64,000 bases of DNA, from positions 480,001 through 544,000 of the forward strand of contig CAVYKI010000006.1 in assembly GCA_963769025.1 (NCBI GenBank), read 5' to 3'. This DNA is from an uncultured Verrucomicrobiae bacterium (GTDB lineage: Bacteria > Verrucomicrobiota > Verrucomicrobiia > Chthoniobacterales > Chthoniobacteraceae). Both the position numbers and the translations under genes were made by a program. Positions 48,220-58,301 of this stretch are shown in pieces (positions within the stretch are counted from its first letter, which is position 1; each line of letters begins with the position of its first letter). Under the pieces are notes generated by a model that was not told the DNA's origin, did not search any database, and saw only the letters and a program-made list of their open reading frames with translations.

Positions 48220-49595
48220 TGCGCCCTCACCGTCCACCGCTGATAAAGACACGCTGCCTCCCAGGCTCGCGTGTCCGGGAGGCGGTCGTTTCGGGCTGGC
48301 GCTGCTGGCTCATGGTTCCGATGGCGTTTGGCGCGATGCTCGCACAGCAAGCCGGCGCTCAGGAAATCCCCCGACCGTCGTATGCTCGGCAAAAGCAGAG
48401 GACGGTGCTTCCGACGGTGTCGAATTTCCGGATCGGGGAAGTGCTGATGCGGGTCGATGCGCACCTGTCGACGCAATTTACGGACAACGTGGATCTGTCG
48501 CAGACTCCCAAGTCGGACCTGCTGATGAACCCGGAGATTGGCGTCAACGCGACATGGGCAGTGACCAAGCTGAATACCCTCCGGTTCCGCGCGGCGGTCG
48601 GCTACGCGTACTACTTGAACAGTCCTTTGCTGAACCGGCAGACAATGACGATCTCGCCGGATTCTGCGTTGAGCTTCGACATTTACGCGGGCGATGTGAA
48701 AATCAACCTTCACAACCAGTTCTCGCTGCAGCAGGACGCGATCAGCCAAGGTTCGCTGAGCGGTGTGGCGACGGTGGAGCGGTTCACCAACACGGCAGGT
48801 TTTTCGGTTTTGTGGGACACGAACGACGTGGTCTGGAACGTCGGCTACGACCACTACAATTTCATCACCCTCGGCGGTGCGAATTCGAGTTCCGGATCGG
48901 TCGCAAGCACACTGAGCACCCTGGACCACTCCACGGATCAGGTCTCGGTGTCGGTGGCCGTGAAACTCAGCACGGTGCTGATCGGCGGCATCGAGGGCAC
49001 CGCGGGGTATTCCGATTATCCTGAGCAAACCGACTCCAATTACTCGGCGATCTCATTTGGCCCGTTTTTCGAGATGCAGCTCACAAAATACACCCACGTG
49101 TTCATGTCCGGCGGCTACAAGGGATACTATTCCGGTGCAAACGCCGTGGGATCCGTGGCGGTGAGTTCCGCGACGGCTGCGCAGCCTTCGCAGGGTGATC
49201 CGACCGGTTATTACGCAAATGTCGGCTTTGTGCACCGCTTGAACCGCTACTACTCCGACCGTCTGGACTTCAGCCATTCGGACGATGTGGATGCGCTGGG
49301 CGGCCACTCGGCGACGGACACGATCCGTTATTCCGGGAGCTGGCGGGTCAATCGGAGGCTTGCGTTGGGCATCGGGCTTTTCATTGAGGATGTCCGGATT
49401 CTCGCAGGCAGCGCCTTGGGAGGAACGGTGGCTTCGGACTACAGCCGGGTCGGCGCCTCGCTCAGCACGGGGTATCAGCTCACCGAGCATCTGGACCTCG
49501 CATTGTCGTATCAGTATTTTAGAAAAACCGCTGAGCGTGAGTCGGAAAGTTACAGCCAGAACAGCGTCACAATCTCACTTGGATATCGCTTTTGA
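48219..49595 (+). CDS. Outer-membrane beta-barrel protein of polysaccharide export loci
   Basis: Amphipathic beta-strands rich in Tyr/Ser/Gly, C-terminal SLGYRF; true start may be further downstream. Confidence 0.78.
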   Translation: MRPHRPPLIKTRCLPGSRVREAVVSGWRCWLMVPMAFGAMLAQQAGAQEIPRPSYARQKQRTVLPTVSNFRIGEVLMRVDAHLSTQFTDNVDLSQTPKSDLLMNPEIGVNATWAVTKLNTLRFRAAVGYAYYLNSPLLNRQTMTISPDSALSFDIYAGDVKINLHNQFSLQQDAISQGSLSGVATVERFTNTAGFSVLWDTNDVVWNVGYDHYNFITLGGANSSSGSVASTLSTLDHSTDQVSVSVAVKLSTVLIGGIEGTAGYSDYPEQTDSNYSAISFGPFFEMQLTKYTHVFMSGGYKGYYSGANAVGSVAVSSATAAQPSQGDPTGYYANVGFVHRLNRYYSDRLDFSHSDDVDALGGHSATDTIRYSGSWRVNRRLALGIGLFIEDVRILAGSALGGTVASDYSRVGASLSTGYQLTEHLDLALSYQYFRKTAERESESYSQNSVTISLGYRF

Positions 49596-49614
49596 ATGCG
49601 CTATGCTAGAAACT

Positions 49615-50439
49615 ATGATTTCGCGTCCCCGCTTCTTCCCCGTGCTGGTGTCTCTTACCTGGATGTTTCATAGCGCAGCCGTTTCGCTTTCCGTGGCGGC
49701 CCCCGTCGTCCCTGGCGGGGGACGGCCGGATGCGCCAGTCCCCCCGGACAACAGGGGGGCGGCTTCCCAGGTGCTCGGGACGAGCACGGTGGCCTACACC
49801 ACTTCGATGGAAGTCCTCAACGACACGACAAAGCTCGGCAGGGGCGACCGTGTCAGTTTTCGCGTCGTCGAGGATCGGCGTGATCCGATCGGGTTGGTCG
49901 TCACGGATTCGGGCGAGATGGAAGTGCCGCTCATCGGCCGCGTGAAGGCGCTCGACAAGACGTGCAAGGAACTCGCGCACGACATCAAGCCGCTGCTCGA
50001 AAAGGATTACTACGTGAAGGCGACCGTGATCATCGGGCTCGACCTCATCGGCACCAAATCCCGCGGGAAGGTGTATCTCACGGGCCAGATCCGCAGCCCC
50101 GGGGTGATGGAACTCATGCCCGGCGAAGACGTCACCGTCAGCCAGGCGATTCTGCGGGCGGGCGGCCTCGCCGATTTTGCGAACAAGCGAGAAGTCCGCA
50201 TCGTGCGGAAAAAGGAAGGCGTGAAGGCGCCGACAGCGGCAGCGATGAAGGCGGCGCAACGCAGCAAGCCGAGCTGGCTCGCGCGGCAGTTTGGCAAGAA
50301 GGAGGACACGACCAATGACTCCACGGAGACCATCATCGTGGACCTCGTGGAAATCCTCGAAAAAGGGCACCTGGAGAGAGACCCGGTGCTCCAGGTCGGC
50401 GACCTCATCGTAGTCCCGGAGCGACTTATCAATTTCTAA
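49615..50439 (+). CDS. Polysaccharide export protein (Wza/Poly_export + SLBB)
   Basis: LGRGDRV, GEMEVPLIG, VYLTGQIRSPG, AILRAGG, LQVGDLIVVPE. Confidence 0.88.
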   Translation: MISRPRFFPVLVSLTWMFHSAAVSLSVAAPVVPGGGRPDAPVPPDNRGAASQVLGTSTVAYTTSMEVLNDTTKLGRGDRVSFRVVEDRRDPIGLVVTDSGEMEVPLIGRVKALDKTCKELAHDIKPLLEKDYYVKATVIIGLDLIGTKSRGKVYLTGQIRSPGVMELMPGEDVTVSQAILRAGGLADFANKREVRIVRKKEGVKAPTAAAMKAAQRSKPSWLARQFGKKEDTTNDSTETIIVDLVEILEKGHLERDPVLQVGDLIVVPERLINF

Positions 50440-50451
50440 CTGACGTCACAC

Positions 50452-52569
50452 ATGGCATTGGCACTCCCGCAGGCACAGACACTCGCAGCCCCTTCGAGCA
50501 TGAACCGGGTGCGGGTTCAGTCGATCCGCTACTTTCACCTGCTGAAAAAGCGCTGGTGGGTGCTGATCCTCCTCGTAAGCATCGGCCTCTGCATCGCGGC
50601 ATGGAGTGTCATGCAGCAGCCGCCCGCATACGTCTCGACCGGGCGCCTGATGGTGTCCGGGCAGATCCGGGTGGGGGATTCCGCAGCGGTCTATTCCGAG
50701 GAACTCATGAATTTCTTCGGCACGCAGATCGAGCTGATGCAGAGCGGTGAGGTGCAGAAGAGGGCTCACACGCGGGTGCGTTCGCTGCACCCCGACCTGC
50801 CGCCCGAGAAGGTGGAATTGGTCGTGGGACAGCTCCCGAAGGCGGCGATTTTCGTGATGCGTGTCCTCGGCAAGTCGCCGGCATACGCGCAGGCGTACCT
50901 CGATGCGTGCATGGACGAGTACATCGCCACCAAGAAGGAAATGCGCGCCAGCACGCGCGAAGGGGCAATCGTCGCGATTCAGGATGAACTCGTCCGCCTC
51001 GAGAAGGACATGCTCAAGGAAGAGGAGGAGATGCATACCTTCCAAAAGGAAAACAACATCGGCTTCCTCCGTGAAGACGGGAACAGCGCCGCCAACTACC
51101 TCGCCATGCTGAACCGGCAAATGGCCGAACTGAAGACGGAGTTCGACCTCCTCCAGTTGCTCGATCTCGACCAGAATCTGGACAGGCCGCAGATGACACC
51201 GTCTTCCGGCGAAAAAGGGGGCAGCAGGATGGAATCGATCGTCTCCACGCCGGGCCCGCTGGGTGAGTATCTGAAGGCCAAGCAAACCATCCAGCAGCTC
51301 AAGGCCGACCGGGAGGAAATGTCGAAGACGCTGCGCACCAAGCACCCGACGATGGTCGCGCTCGACGAGCAAATCACCAAGGGTGAAGCCATGCTGACCA
51401 CCTACCGGGATCTCAGCCAGGAGGCTCTCAAGAGCCGTCGCAGTTCCATCAAGCTTCAGGTCGAAAACCTCGAGGGGACCATCAAGATTTGGGAAGGCAA
51501 GGCTCTCGAACTCGCACGGCGCGTCGCGGATTGGGACAAGATCCGCTCGAAGATCGATCGCACCAAGCAGCAGTACGACCGGTTGAACGCAAACCTCCGG
51601 AGCATGGACGTGTATCGCAATCTCGATCAGGATTCGGTTTCCATCCTGGAGCGCGCCTCCCCGGCGGTCTCGATGCGGCCGGGGCTGGAGAAAATGCTCG
51701 CGATTGGCGGCCTCAGCGGACTCGTGCTCGGCCTCCTGATCCTCTTCATTCTCGACAAGCTGGACGACCGCATCGGCTCCTTCTTCGAGTTTCGCGACAA
51801 GTTCCCCGAGACCCTACTCGGCCAGGTTCCGCGCGAACTCGGAAAGTCCGGCGTCGCGATGCTCGCCTCGAACGATCCACGACACGCCTTGCTCGAATCG
51901 TTTCGAACGCTGCGATCATCGATCATCTTTTTACCGATCGAGGGCGTCCGGCCAAAGACGCTCCTCATCACCAGCGCCACGCCCGGCGAGGGCAAGACCA
52001 CCATCGCCGCAAACCTCGCGATCACGCTCGCGTTTTCCGGCGCGAAAACCCTGCTCGTGGACGCGGATCTCCGTCTCGGCCGGATCGCGAAGGCCTTCCA
52101 GATCGACAGCGAAGTCGGCCTTTCCGACGTGCTCCGGCAGCGGATCCATTGGCGGGAAGTGATCGTCCCGACGTCCACGCCGAACCTCTCGGTCCTCCCG
52201 CGTGGAAAGACCCTGCCGCATCCTGCGGAACACTTCCTCGGAAAGGTCACCGACCAATTCCTCCAGGAGATTTATGCGGAGTTTGACTACATCCTCTTCG
52301 ACACGCCTCCGGTGATGGCCGCGGATGATGTGCTCAGCCTCGCCCCGAAGATCGACGGGACCATCTTCGTCATCCGTTTCTCGACGTCCTCGGCCCGCCG
52401 GAGCCGGACGGCCATCAACCTGCTCGTGCAACGGCAGGCGAATCTCCTCGGCGTCGTCTGCAACGACGTCCGCCTTGCGGAATCCGAATACGGCTACGGC
52501 AACTACTACCAGTATTCCGCCTACCGCGAGAATGCCGAGGCGGACGAGCCGGTGAAGACCCTCAAGTAA
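50452..52569 (+). CDS. wzc: Polysaccharide co-polymerase / tyrosine autokinase
   Basis: Two TMs flanking a coiled coil; PGEGKT, VDADLR, DTPP; C-terminal Tyr cluster YGYGNYYQY. Confidence 0.92.
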   Translation: MALALPQAQTLAAPSSMNRVRVQSIRYFHLLKKRWWVLILLVSIGLCIAAWSVMQQPPAYVSTGRLMVSGQIRVGDSAAVYSEELMNFFGTQIELMQSGEVQKRAHTRVRSLHPDLPPEKVELVVGQLPKAAIFVMRVLGKSPAYAQAYLDACMDEYIATKKEMRASTREGAIVAIQDELVRLEKDMLKEEEEMHTFQKENNIGFLREDGNSAANYLAMLNRQMAELKTEFDLLQLLDLDQNLDRPQMTPSSGEKGGSRMESIVSTPGPLGEYLKAKQTIQQLKADREEMSKTLRTKHPTMVALDEQITKGEAMLTTYRDLSQEALKSRRSSIKLQVENLEGTIKIWEGKALELARRVADWDKIRSKIDRTKQQYDRLNANLRSMDVYRNLDQDSVSILERASPAVSMRPGLEKMLAIGGLSGLVLGLLILFILDKLDDRIGSFFEFRDKFPETLLGQVPRELGKSGVAMLASNDPRHALLESFRTLRSSIIFLPIEGVRPKTLLITSATPGEGKTTIAANLAITLAFSGAKTLLVDADLRLGRIAKAFQIDSEVGLSDVLRQRIHWREVIVPTSTPNLSVLPRGKTLPHPAEHFLGKVTDQFLQEIYAEFDYILFDTPPVMAADDVLSLAPKIDGTIFVIRFSTSSARRSRTAINLLVQRQANLLGVVCNDVRLAESEYGYGNYYQYSAYRENAEADEPVKTLK

Positions 52570-52587
52570 GGCGGCGGCACCGCCCTG

Positions 52588-54945
52588 CTAACGGGAATCC
52601 TTTTCGATGAATCGCAGCCAGGCCGCCCACGCCTGCTGCCATTCCTGCCGGTCCTCGCGCAACTCGGCCTCGATGAATGCGAGGTAGGACGGCGCACCTC
52701 GGACTGCCTGCAGCGACTGCAAGGTTTCGAGCGCGTCGTTGCCTTGCCCCGCGGCGCGCTGTGCGCTGAAGAGCTGGAGGCCGGCTTGGAAATCATCGGG
52801 ACGGAAGCGAAACGTCCGTTGCAACTCGGCCAGCGACTTCGCCGGGATCACTTTCGGCATCGTCGGCACGGGGCTGTCTTCGCGCGCGACCTTGCACGCG
52901 CTTTCGTAATCCTTCCGCTCGGCGTAGGTCATGGCGAGCCACCGCCAGCCGGTCTCCCTCAGCTCGGGATTTTCGGACAGCTTTGCCACCAGCAGATGGC
53001 GGTCGCCCTTGTGAAACCAGATCGAAAAAAGCGCCTGTCGCTGTGCGACGGAAAAGGACTTCAAGTTCGGCTCGGCTTCGATGAGGCGGCTGATCAGGTC
53101 TTCACATTCCAAACGGTCGGCGTGACGGAGGAAGACGAGCAGGTAATCAGGGTTGCTCCGGGCGAGTCTGCCCAGCCCGGCGTGCAGGCGACTCCGTCCG
53201 CGTGCCCAGTCGAGCATCTGGTGGTAGAGGATCGGTCCGCGCTCGCCGGCGCGTCGCAACGCCTCGACCCATGCATCCAGCGCGAGTTTTTCCTGCGACA
53301 CTTCCACCCATGCCGTGCCCTCTGCGAAGCACAGCTCCGCCCAGTGCGGTTCGAGAAAGCGCGCCGTCCCGAAATCCCACGCCGCACCCCACGTTGAGAA
53401 CGCCTCCGCCACGCGCGCGAAGCCGCGCTGGTAGTAGAGATCCGCGCCCAGCGGCTTGATGCGGAGCGCGTCATTCGCAGTCACCACCGCCGCGACGTAA
53501 TCCTTTTGCGCATTCTGCCGTTCGAGCCGTGCCTCCAGCGTGGCGAGTGTCGCGAGTGTGGGCGCGACCTTTCCTGCGCGCTCGGAAAACACGGAGGCAA
53601 ACCACCACGCTGCGATGCCCGCGAGCATCACTCCGAGCATCCGGAAAACCGGGGCGACCCAGCGCCGCGCTTCGCCGGCCCGGCGCGGATCCAGCGCCAG
53701 CCCGGCGAGGAAAAGCGCCGGCCACGCGGAGCCGGGGCGGTGCCCGGAGACATCGGCCAGCGAGTGAAACGCGAACGCCACGCCGCATACCATCGCCGCG
53801 GAACGCAGCGCACGATCCGAACCGCGCGACAGCGGGAGACACCGCCGCACCCACAGGGCGAATGCCGCCATGAGGAGCAGCGCCGCCGGCCAGCCCATTT
53901 CGACCGCGACCCACAGCCAGTCGCTCTCGGGGTGGATGGCGCGGTTCTGGTCGGCGGACGCCTGCCTTGCCATCGCGAAGACGGGCGCAAAATTCCCGAG
54001 CCCCTGGCCGAACCACGGCGCGGTCGCCGTGAGATGCAGCGCGTCTTTCTGGATGAGGACGCGGTAGTCCATGAGCCCTTCCCCACCCATCTTCTGGAAC
54101 CGCTCAAACGTCCGCCCGCCGAAGACAAAAAATGCCGTCAGCAGCAGCGTGATGCCGGCGACAGCCAGCGCGGCGCCCTTGCGGGACGGCGAGAACGAGA
54201 CCGAGAGGAGCACCCATGCCGCGATTCCGAGGAAGAAAAGCAGGATGCCCGCGCGCGAATACGTCTGCACGATGGCCGCGCCGAGGATGATGACCGAGAC
54301 GGTCCAGAACCACGCGGCCTTGCGCTGCCGCTCGAACGCGTCGAACGCGAGCGCCGTGGCCATGATCCCGGCGAGCGCCAGCACGTTCGCGGTCTGGTTG
54401 CGGTTTGGGAAAAAGCCGAATTCGTTGCCGACGTTCATCACCTTCGGCCAAAACGGCACCTTCAGCCCGGAGATGAGCGAGACGAGCGCGAGCAGCGCGA
54501 GGACCACGATTCCGCCGGTGTACCAGCGCGCGGCCTGCCGGCGCGTCTGCGGTCCCCAGAGCTGCGCGGTGATATAGAGGGCAAAGACCAATCCCGCGAA
54601 AAGCAGGCACGTCTCGTGGAGGCTCATCCACGGCTGCGCCGAAAAAGTGTCCGGCAGCTCCACGCGGAAGTCGGTCGTGAGCTGCTGCCGCCACGTGGGA
54701 ATGCGAACCCAGTGCGCCGGGAGAAACGCCACCAGCCCGAGTGCGAAAATCCCGGCGGCCAGCAGACACCACGCGGCTCCCGGCGAACGCCGTGGCGGCG
54801 CGACAATCAGCAGCAACCCGAGCGCCATGAGCAGCACCGCCTGCGCGAGCGTGTCCGTGGCGACTCCCAGTGCCGGCCCCAGCAGCGCGAGCGCAATCAG
54901 CGCCGCCGTGTGCCATTTCGGAGTGGATTCAGTCCGCCGTTCCAT
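52588..54945 (-). CDS. O-antigen ligase/polymerase family protein with C-terminal TPR-like region
   Basis: Multiple TMs; FPNRN, SRAG, GQGLGNF, HPESDWL. Confidence 0.88.
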   Translation of the reverse strand: MERRTESTPKWHTAALIALALLGPALGVATDTLAQAVLLMALGLLLIVAPPRRSPGAAWCLLAAGIFALGLVAFLPAHWVRIPTWRQQLTTDFRVELPDTFSAQPWMSLHETCLLFAGLVFALYITAQLWGPQTRRQAARWYTGGIVVLALLALVSLISGLKVPFWPKVMNVGNEFGFFPNRNQTANVLALAGIMATALAFDAFERQRKAAWFWTVSVIILGAAIVQTYSRAGILLFFLGIAAWVLLSVSFSPSRKGAALAVAGITLLLTAFFVFGGRTFERFQKMGGEGLMDYRVLIQKDALHLTATAPWFGQGLGNFAPVFAMARQASADQNRAIHPESDWLWVAVEMGWPAALLLMAAFALWVRRCLPLSRGSDRALRSAAMVCGVAFAFHSLADVSGHRPGSAWPALFLAGLALDPRRAGEARRWVAPVFRMLGVMLAGIAAWWFASVFSERAGKVAPTLATLATLEARLERQNAQKDYVAAVVTANDALRIKPLGADLYYQRGFARVAEAFSTWGAAWDFGTARFLEPHWAELCFAEGTAWVEVSQEKLALDAWVEALRRAGERGPILYHQMLDWARGRSRLHAGLGRLARSNPDYLLVFLRHADRLECEDLISRLIEAEPNLKSFSVAQRQALFSIWFHKGDRHLLVAKLSENPELRETGWRWLAMTYAERKDYESACKVAREDSPVPTMPKVIPAKSLAELQRTFRFRPDDFQAGLQLFSAQRAAGQGNDALETLQSLQAVRGAPSYLAFIEAELREDRQEWQQAWAAWLRFIEKDSR

Positions 54946-55005
54946 TTCCAGATGATGCGCGGCGTGCCGGATGAATTGCGAAGCTTCGTTCGGACATCCG
55001 GCACC

Positions 55006-56275
55006 TCAGCGCGAATCGCCGCGCTCCACGACCGGCTGCGCCGCCGCGATGTAATCCATGATCCGCGATTTTTCCTCGGCACTCAGATTCGCCCGCCTCG
55101 CCATGCCCGACACCTTCTGCTCCCACGCGCTGACCGAGCGTACATCGAGCATTTCCAAGTCGTGGCATCCCGTGCAGCGGTCGGTGTAGAGCCTTCGCCC
55201 GGCATCGAGGAGCTGCGGGGGCGTGCTTACTTTCGCCATGGCGAGGAAGGCGGGCGTCACCTGCGGGGAAGTGCGCGCCTCGAATGCCGCGCCGAGATCC
55301 TTCCTAAGCTCGCGCAGATCCGCGTGGTCGGAGCAGAGCTTGAGTCCGTCGTCGATCGCGCTCAGCGCGTGAATCGCACCGTTCTCGTTCCGGCGCATTT
55401 TCTTTGCCGTCTTGCAGAGCGAGTCCGCCTCGTCGATGTCGCCCTGCACGCTGGGCAGCATCGCCTTCAGGTCGGGGTGCGCGGGCTCCGCCTCGAGGCC
55501 CTCGTTGATCAGCTTCGCCGCCGCGACGAGATGCCGCCGCGCCACCGCCTGCCGTGCGAGCATGAACGCGCGCTGCGATGTCGCGGCGCGCTTGGAAATG
55601 TCTGCACGGTCGAGCTTCGAGGCAGGGATGGCGAGGCCGGCCACCTGCGCGCCGAGGCGCTCGGCGCCTTCGTCGAGCGGCAGCGCGAGGCTCGGCAGGC
55701 CGGCCTTGGCGAGTTGCTCCGCAGTGTCGCGGAGTCCCTGCAGCGCATTGATTGCCGATTGCTTTGCAGCGGGCGCGGCGCGCGTCTGCGCGATGGCCGC
55801 GAGTGCGCCGTTGAGCCGCGCGAGCAGCGCGCCGCCGAGGGCTGCGTAATTCTTGTCCTGCGCCGCGCGCGCGAGGAGACGCCGCGCCTCGTCGTAGCGC
55901 TGGTCGCGGAACGCCTCCGCGCCGCGGATCGAGATCGAGCGAGGGCAGGGGAGCGCTCGGCTCCACCACTTCGTCCGGCAGCGTGAGCGCGATGAGCGTG
56001 CCGTCGTCCTTGAGGAAGGACACAAACACGCGCTTCTGGCCCGCGTCGTGTTTGAGCAGCGTGAACTCCTGCCCCTTCGGCGCGAGCAGGAAATTCTTCC
56101 CCTGAAAGACAAGCATCTCGCTCTTCGTGACCTTCACCGGATCGCCGATGACAAATGCCGCCGCCGCCGCGCGGACAATGCCGGGCGCCGCGAGCACGGC
56201 GGCCAGCGCGAGCAGCGCGGACAGCGCCGCGAGCATCCCGACGCGGGAGAAATGAGGGAGGGTGCGCAGCTTCAT
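55006..56275 (-). CDS. Exported TPR-like protein with C-terminal cytochrome c domain, apparent +1 frameshift at ~55931
   Basis: Signal peptide and N-terminus in the frame of ORF 55304..56629; helical region and GRRLYTDRCTGCH...M in ORF 55006..56112. Confidence 0.75.
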
Positions 56276-57597
56276 TGCATCGGGAGCGAAAGTTCGACGG
56301 TCTTGCCGCCACGGAGCACCTTCGTCTTCACGCGCTCGCCCGCCTTGTGCCCGTTCAGCAGTTTGCCGATCAGCGCGCTCTCCGTGATCCGTGCCGACGA
56401 ACCGTCCAGTTCCGTGAGCACGTCCTCTTTCTGAAAGCCCGCGTTCTTCGCCGCCGCATGTTTGCCGTACTGGCCGACGCCCTTTGCGCGCAGCGCCATG
56501 CGGTCCTTCGCGATGCCGAGCTTCGCGCGTTCCTCGTCGGTGAGTTCCTCGAGCACGAGCCCGCCGAGCGCCATCCCGCGCATGGGCCACGTGCCGACAC
56601 GTTTTGAAATGTCCGCCTGCTCGCGCCATCCCGCGGGCAGCGCGATGCTGACCGCCGCCGGCGCGCCGCCGCGCTTCACGACCGCCGCGAGCGTCCCGGA
56701 TTCCGGAGTCCGGTGAAGCGTCCAGCTCACATCCGCGGGCGAGATGAGCGGCTGCCCCGCGAGGCTCACGAATTCATCCCCCGCGCGCAGCCCCGCCTTC
56801 GCCGCGATGCTCTCCGGTGCGACCGTCGCCACGCGCGCCGCGTGGTCCGCCGCCAGCGTGAGCCCGATCGTATCCGGTTGCGGGAACGGGTAGATCCATT
56901 CCATCGGCACCGGCTTGCCCTTGTCGCGATACGACGTTCGGAATGCATCGCCGACCTGATGGCAATGCACGCAGCTCTGCACCACCTTCCCCTCCCAATC
57001 CAGCTCCGCCTTGTAGCGCTGCGCCAGCGCCGGGATCTCCACCGGCGTCTTGAAAGGCACCGGCCCTCCCTGCTTCAGCGCGAGCTGCGCCTTGTTCCCC
57101 GGATAGCCCCGGTGGATCGCCAGCGCCCCCTCGAGCGTGCTCCGGAATCCATCCGTCGTCTTGTCCAGCGGATCGCGCTGGTGCGCCCACGAGCCGAAGC
57201 GCCCGTACACCGTCCCGTCGCCATTGAAAAACAGCGCCGACAGCGAAAGGTCGTAGTCGAACTGAAACCGCGCCAGGTCCAGCGCGTTCGCATTGATGAG
57301 CCGCACGCACACGAACTGATCCAGCAGCGGCGCCAGCGTCTTGTCCTCCAGCACCTGCGCGTCGATCCCCGCGCACGACAGGCACGGCACGCAGCGGATC
57401 ACCACCAGCAGCGGCTTGCCCGTCTGCTTCGCCTTGGCAAAGCCCGCGTTGAAATCATTGTAGATCCACCGCGCATCATATTCGAGCGCCGCGCGATCCT
57501 TGCGGACGGCGCCCTCGCGATCCTTCACGGTTTCGCCGTGGGCAGCGGTACAGAGGAAAGCGCCGGTCAGCGCGAGGAGGGGGAGACGGGGGGACAT
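56272..57597 (-). CDS. Thioredoxin-like (Trx7) + PDZ domain exported protein
   Basis: WIYND...AKQTGKPLLVVIRCVPCLSC, CVHCH, two PDZ-like segments (SIAAKAGLRAGD; AAKNAGFQKED). Confidence 0.85.
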   Translation of the reverse strand: MSPRLPLLALTGAFLCTAAHGETVKDREGAVRKDRAALEYDARWIYNDFNAGFAKAKQTGKPLLVVIRCVPCLSCAGIDAQVLEDKTLAPLLDQFVCVRLINANALDLARFQFDYDLSLSALFFNGDGTVYGRFGSWAHQRDPLDKTTDGFRSTLEGALAIHRGYPGNKAQLALKQGGPVPFKTPVEIPALAQRYKAELDWEGKVVQSCVHCHQVGDAFRTSYRDKGKPVPMEWIYPFPQPDTIGLTLAADHAARVATVAPESIAAKAGLRAGDEFVSLAGQPLISPADVSWTLHRTPESGTLAAVVKRGGAPAAVSIALPAGWREQADISKRVGTWPMRGMALGGLVLEELTDEERAKLGIAKDRMALRAKGVGQYGKHAAAKNAGFQKEDVLTELDGSSARITESALIGKLLNGHKAGERVKTKVLRGGKTVELSLPMQ

Positions 57598-57727
57598 GCG
57601 CCGCACTTTGCGGGACACTGCGCCACTCTTCAACCCGCAACTTGTCCCGCGCAATCCCGCGTCCCCGCGAACGCGATTTCCACTACGGTTCCGCAGCTCC
57701 GGCGCTCTTCCACTTCGACACCCCCCC

Positions 57728-58294
57728 ATGAAATCCACATTCCTCCTCGCCTCCCTCGTTGCGTTCACCTTCGCGCCCATCGGCGTGCGCGCCGATGAAC
57801 CCAGGAAACTCGCCATCGGCCAGCAGGCCCCCGCCTTCAAGATCAAGGACTCCAGCGGAAAGGAAATCGACCTCGCCGCCCTCACCGCCAGCGGCCCCGT
57901 CCTCGTCCGCCTCACCTGCGGATGCCTCGGCTGCAACAAGGAGCTGCCCTATTTCCAGGAACTCCACGCCGCCTATCGGGAGAAGGGCCTCACCAGCCTC
58001 GCCGTCTTCCGCGAGCCCGATGCGAAGGTCGAGGCCTACGTGAAGGAGAAAAAACTCAACATGCTCTACGCCGTGGATGCGAAGGGAGAGAGCTGGAAGG
58101 TCTTCCAGACCACCACCATGCCGAGCAATTTCCTCATCGATAAAGGCGGCCGCATCGCCGCCATCTCCGCCGGTTGCGACACGAGCGGCCTTATCGCCAC
58201 CAAACTCTCCGAAAAAGCCGCCGCCCTCGTCGGCACCGCGTCCGTGGACATCCGCGAAAAAGTGAACGCCGCCAAACCGGCTCCGGTGAAGTAA
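57728..58294 (+). CDS. Exported TlpA/peroxiredoxin-like redoxin
   Basis: Signal peptide; IGQQAPAF, TCGCLGCNKELP, MPSNFLIDKGG. Confidence 0.85.
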   Translation: MKSTFLLASLVAFTFAPIGVRADEPRKLAIGQQAPAFKIKDSSGKEIDLAALTASGPVLVRLTCGCLGCNKELPYFQELHAAYREKGLTSLAVFREPDAKVEAYVKEKKLNMLYAVDAKGESWKVFQTTTMPSNFLIDKGGRIAAISAGCDTSGLIATKLSEKAAALVGTASVDIREKVNAAKPAPVK

Positions 58295-58301
58295 CGCGGC
58301 C

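Noticed and set aside
53506..55986. 826-aa plus-strand ORF and similar long Arg-rich ORFs (1813..3594, 22480..24528, 60388..62667)
   Set aside because: Antisense to well-supported genes; expected in GC-rich DNA
56272..58294. Selenocysteine recoding in the thioredoxin-fold genes
   Set aside because: No in-frame TGA; the motifs are Cys-encoded
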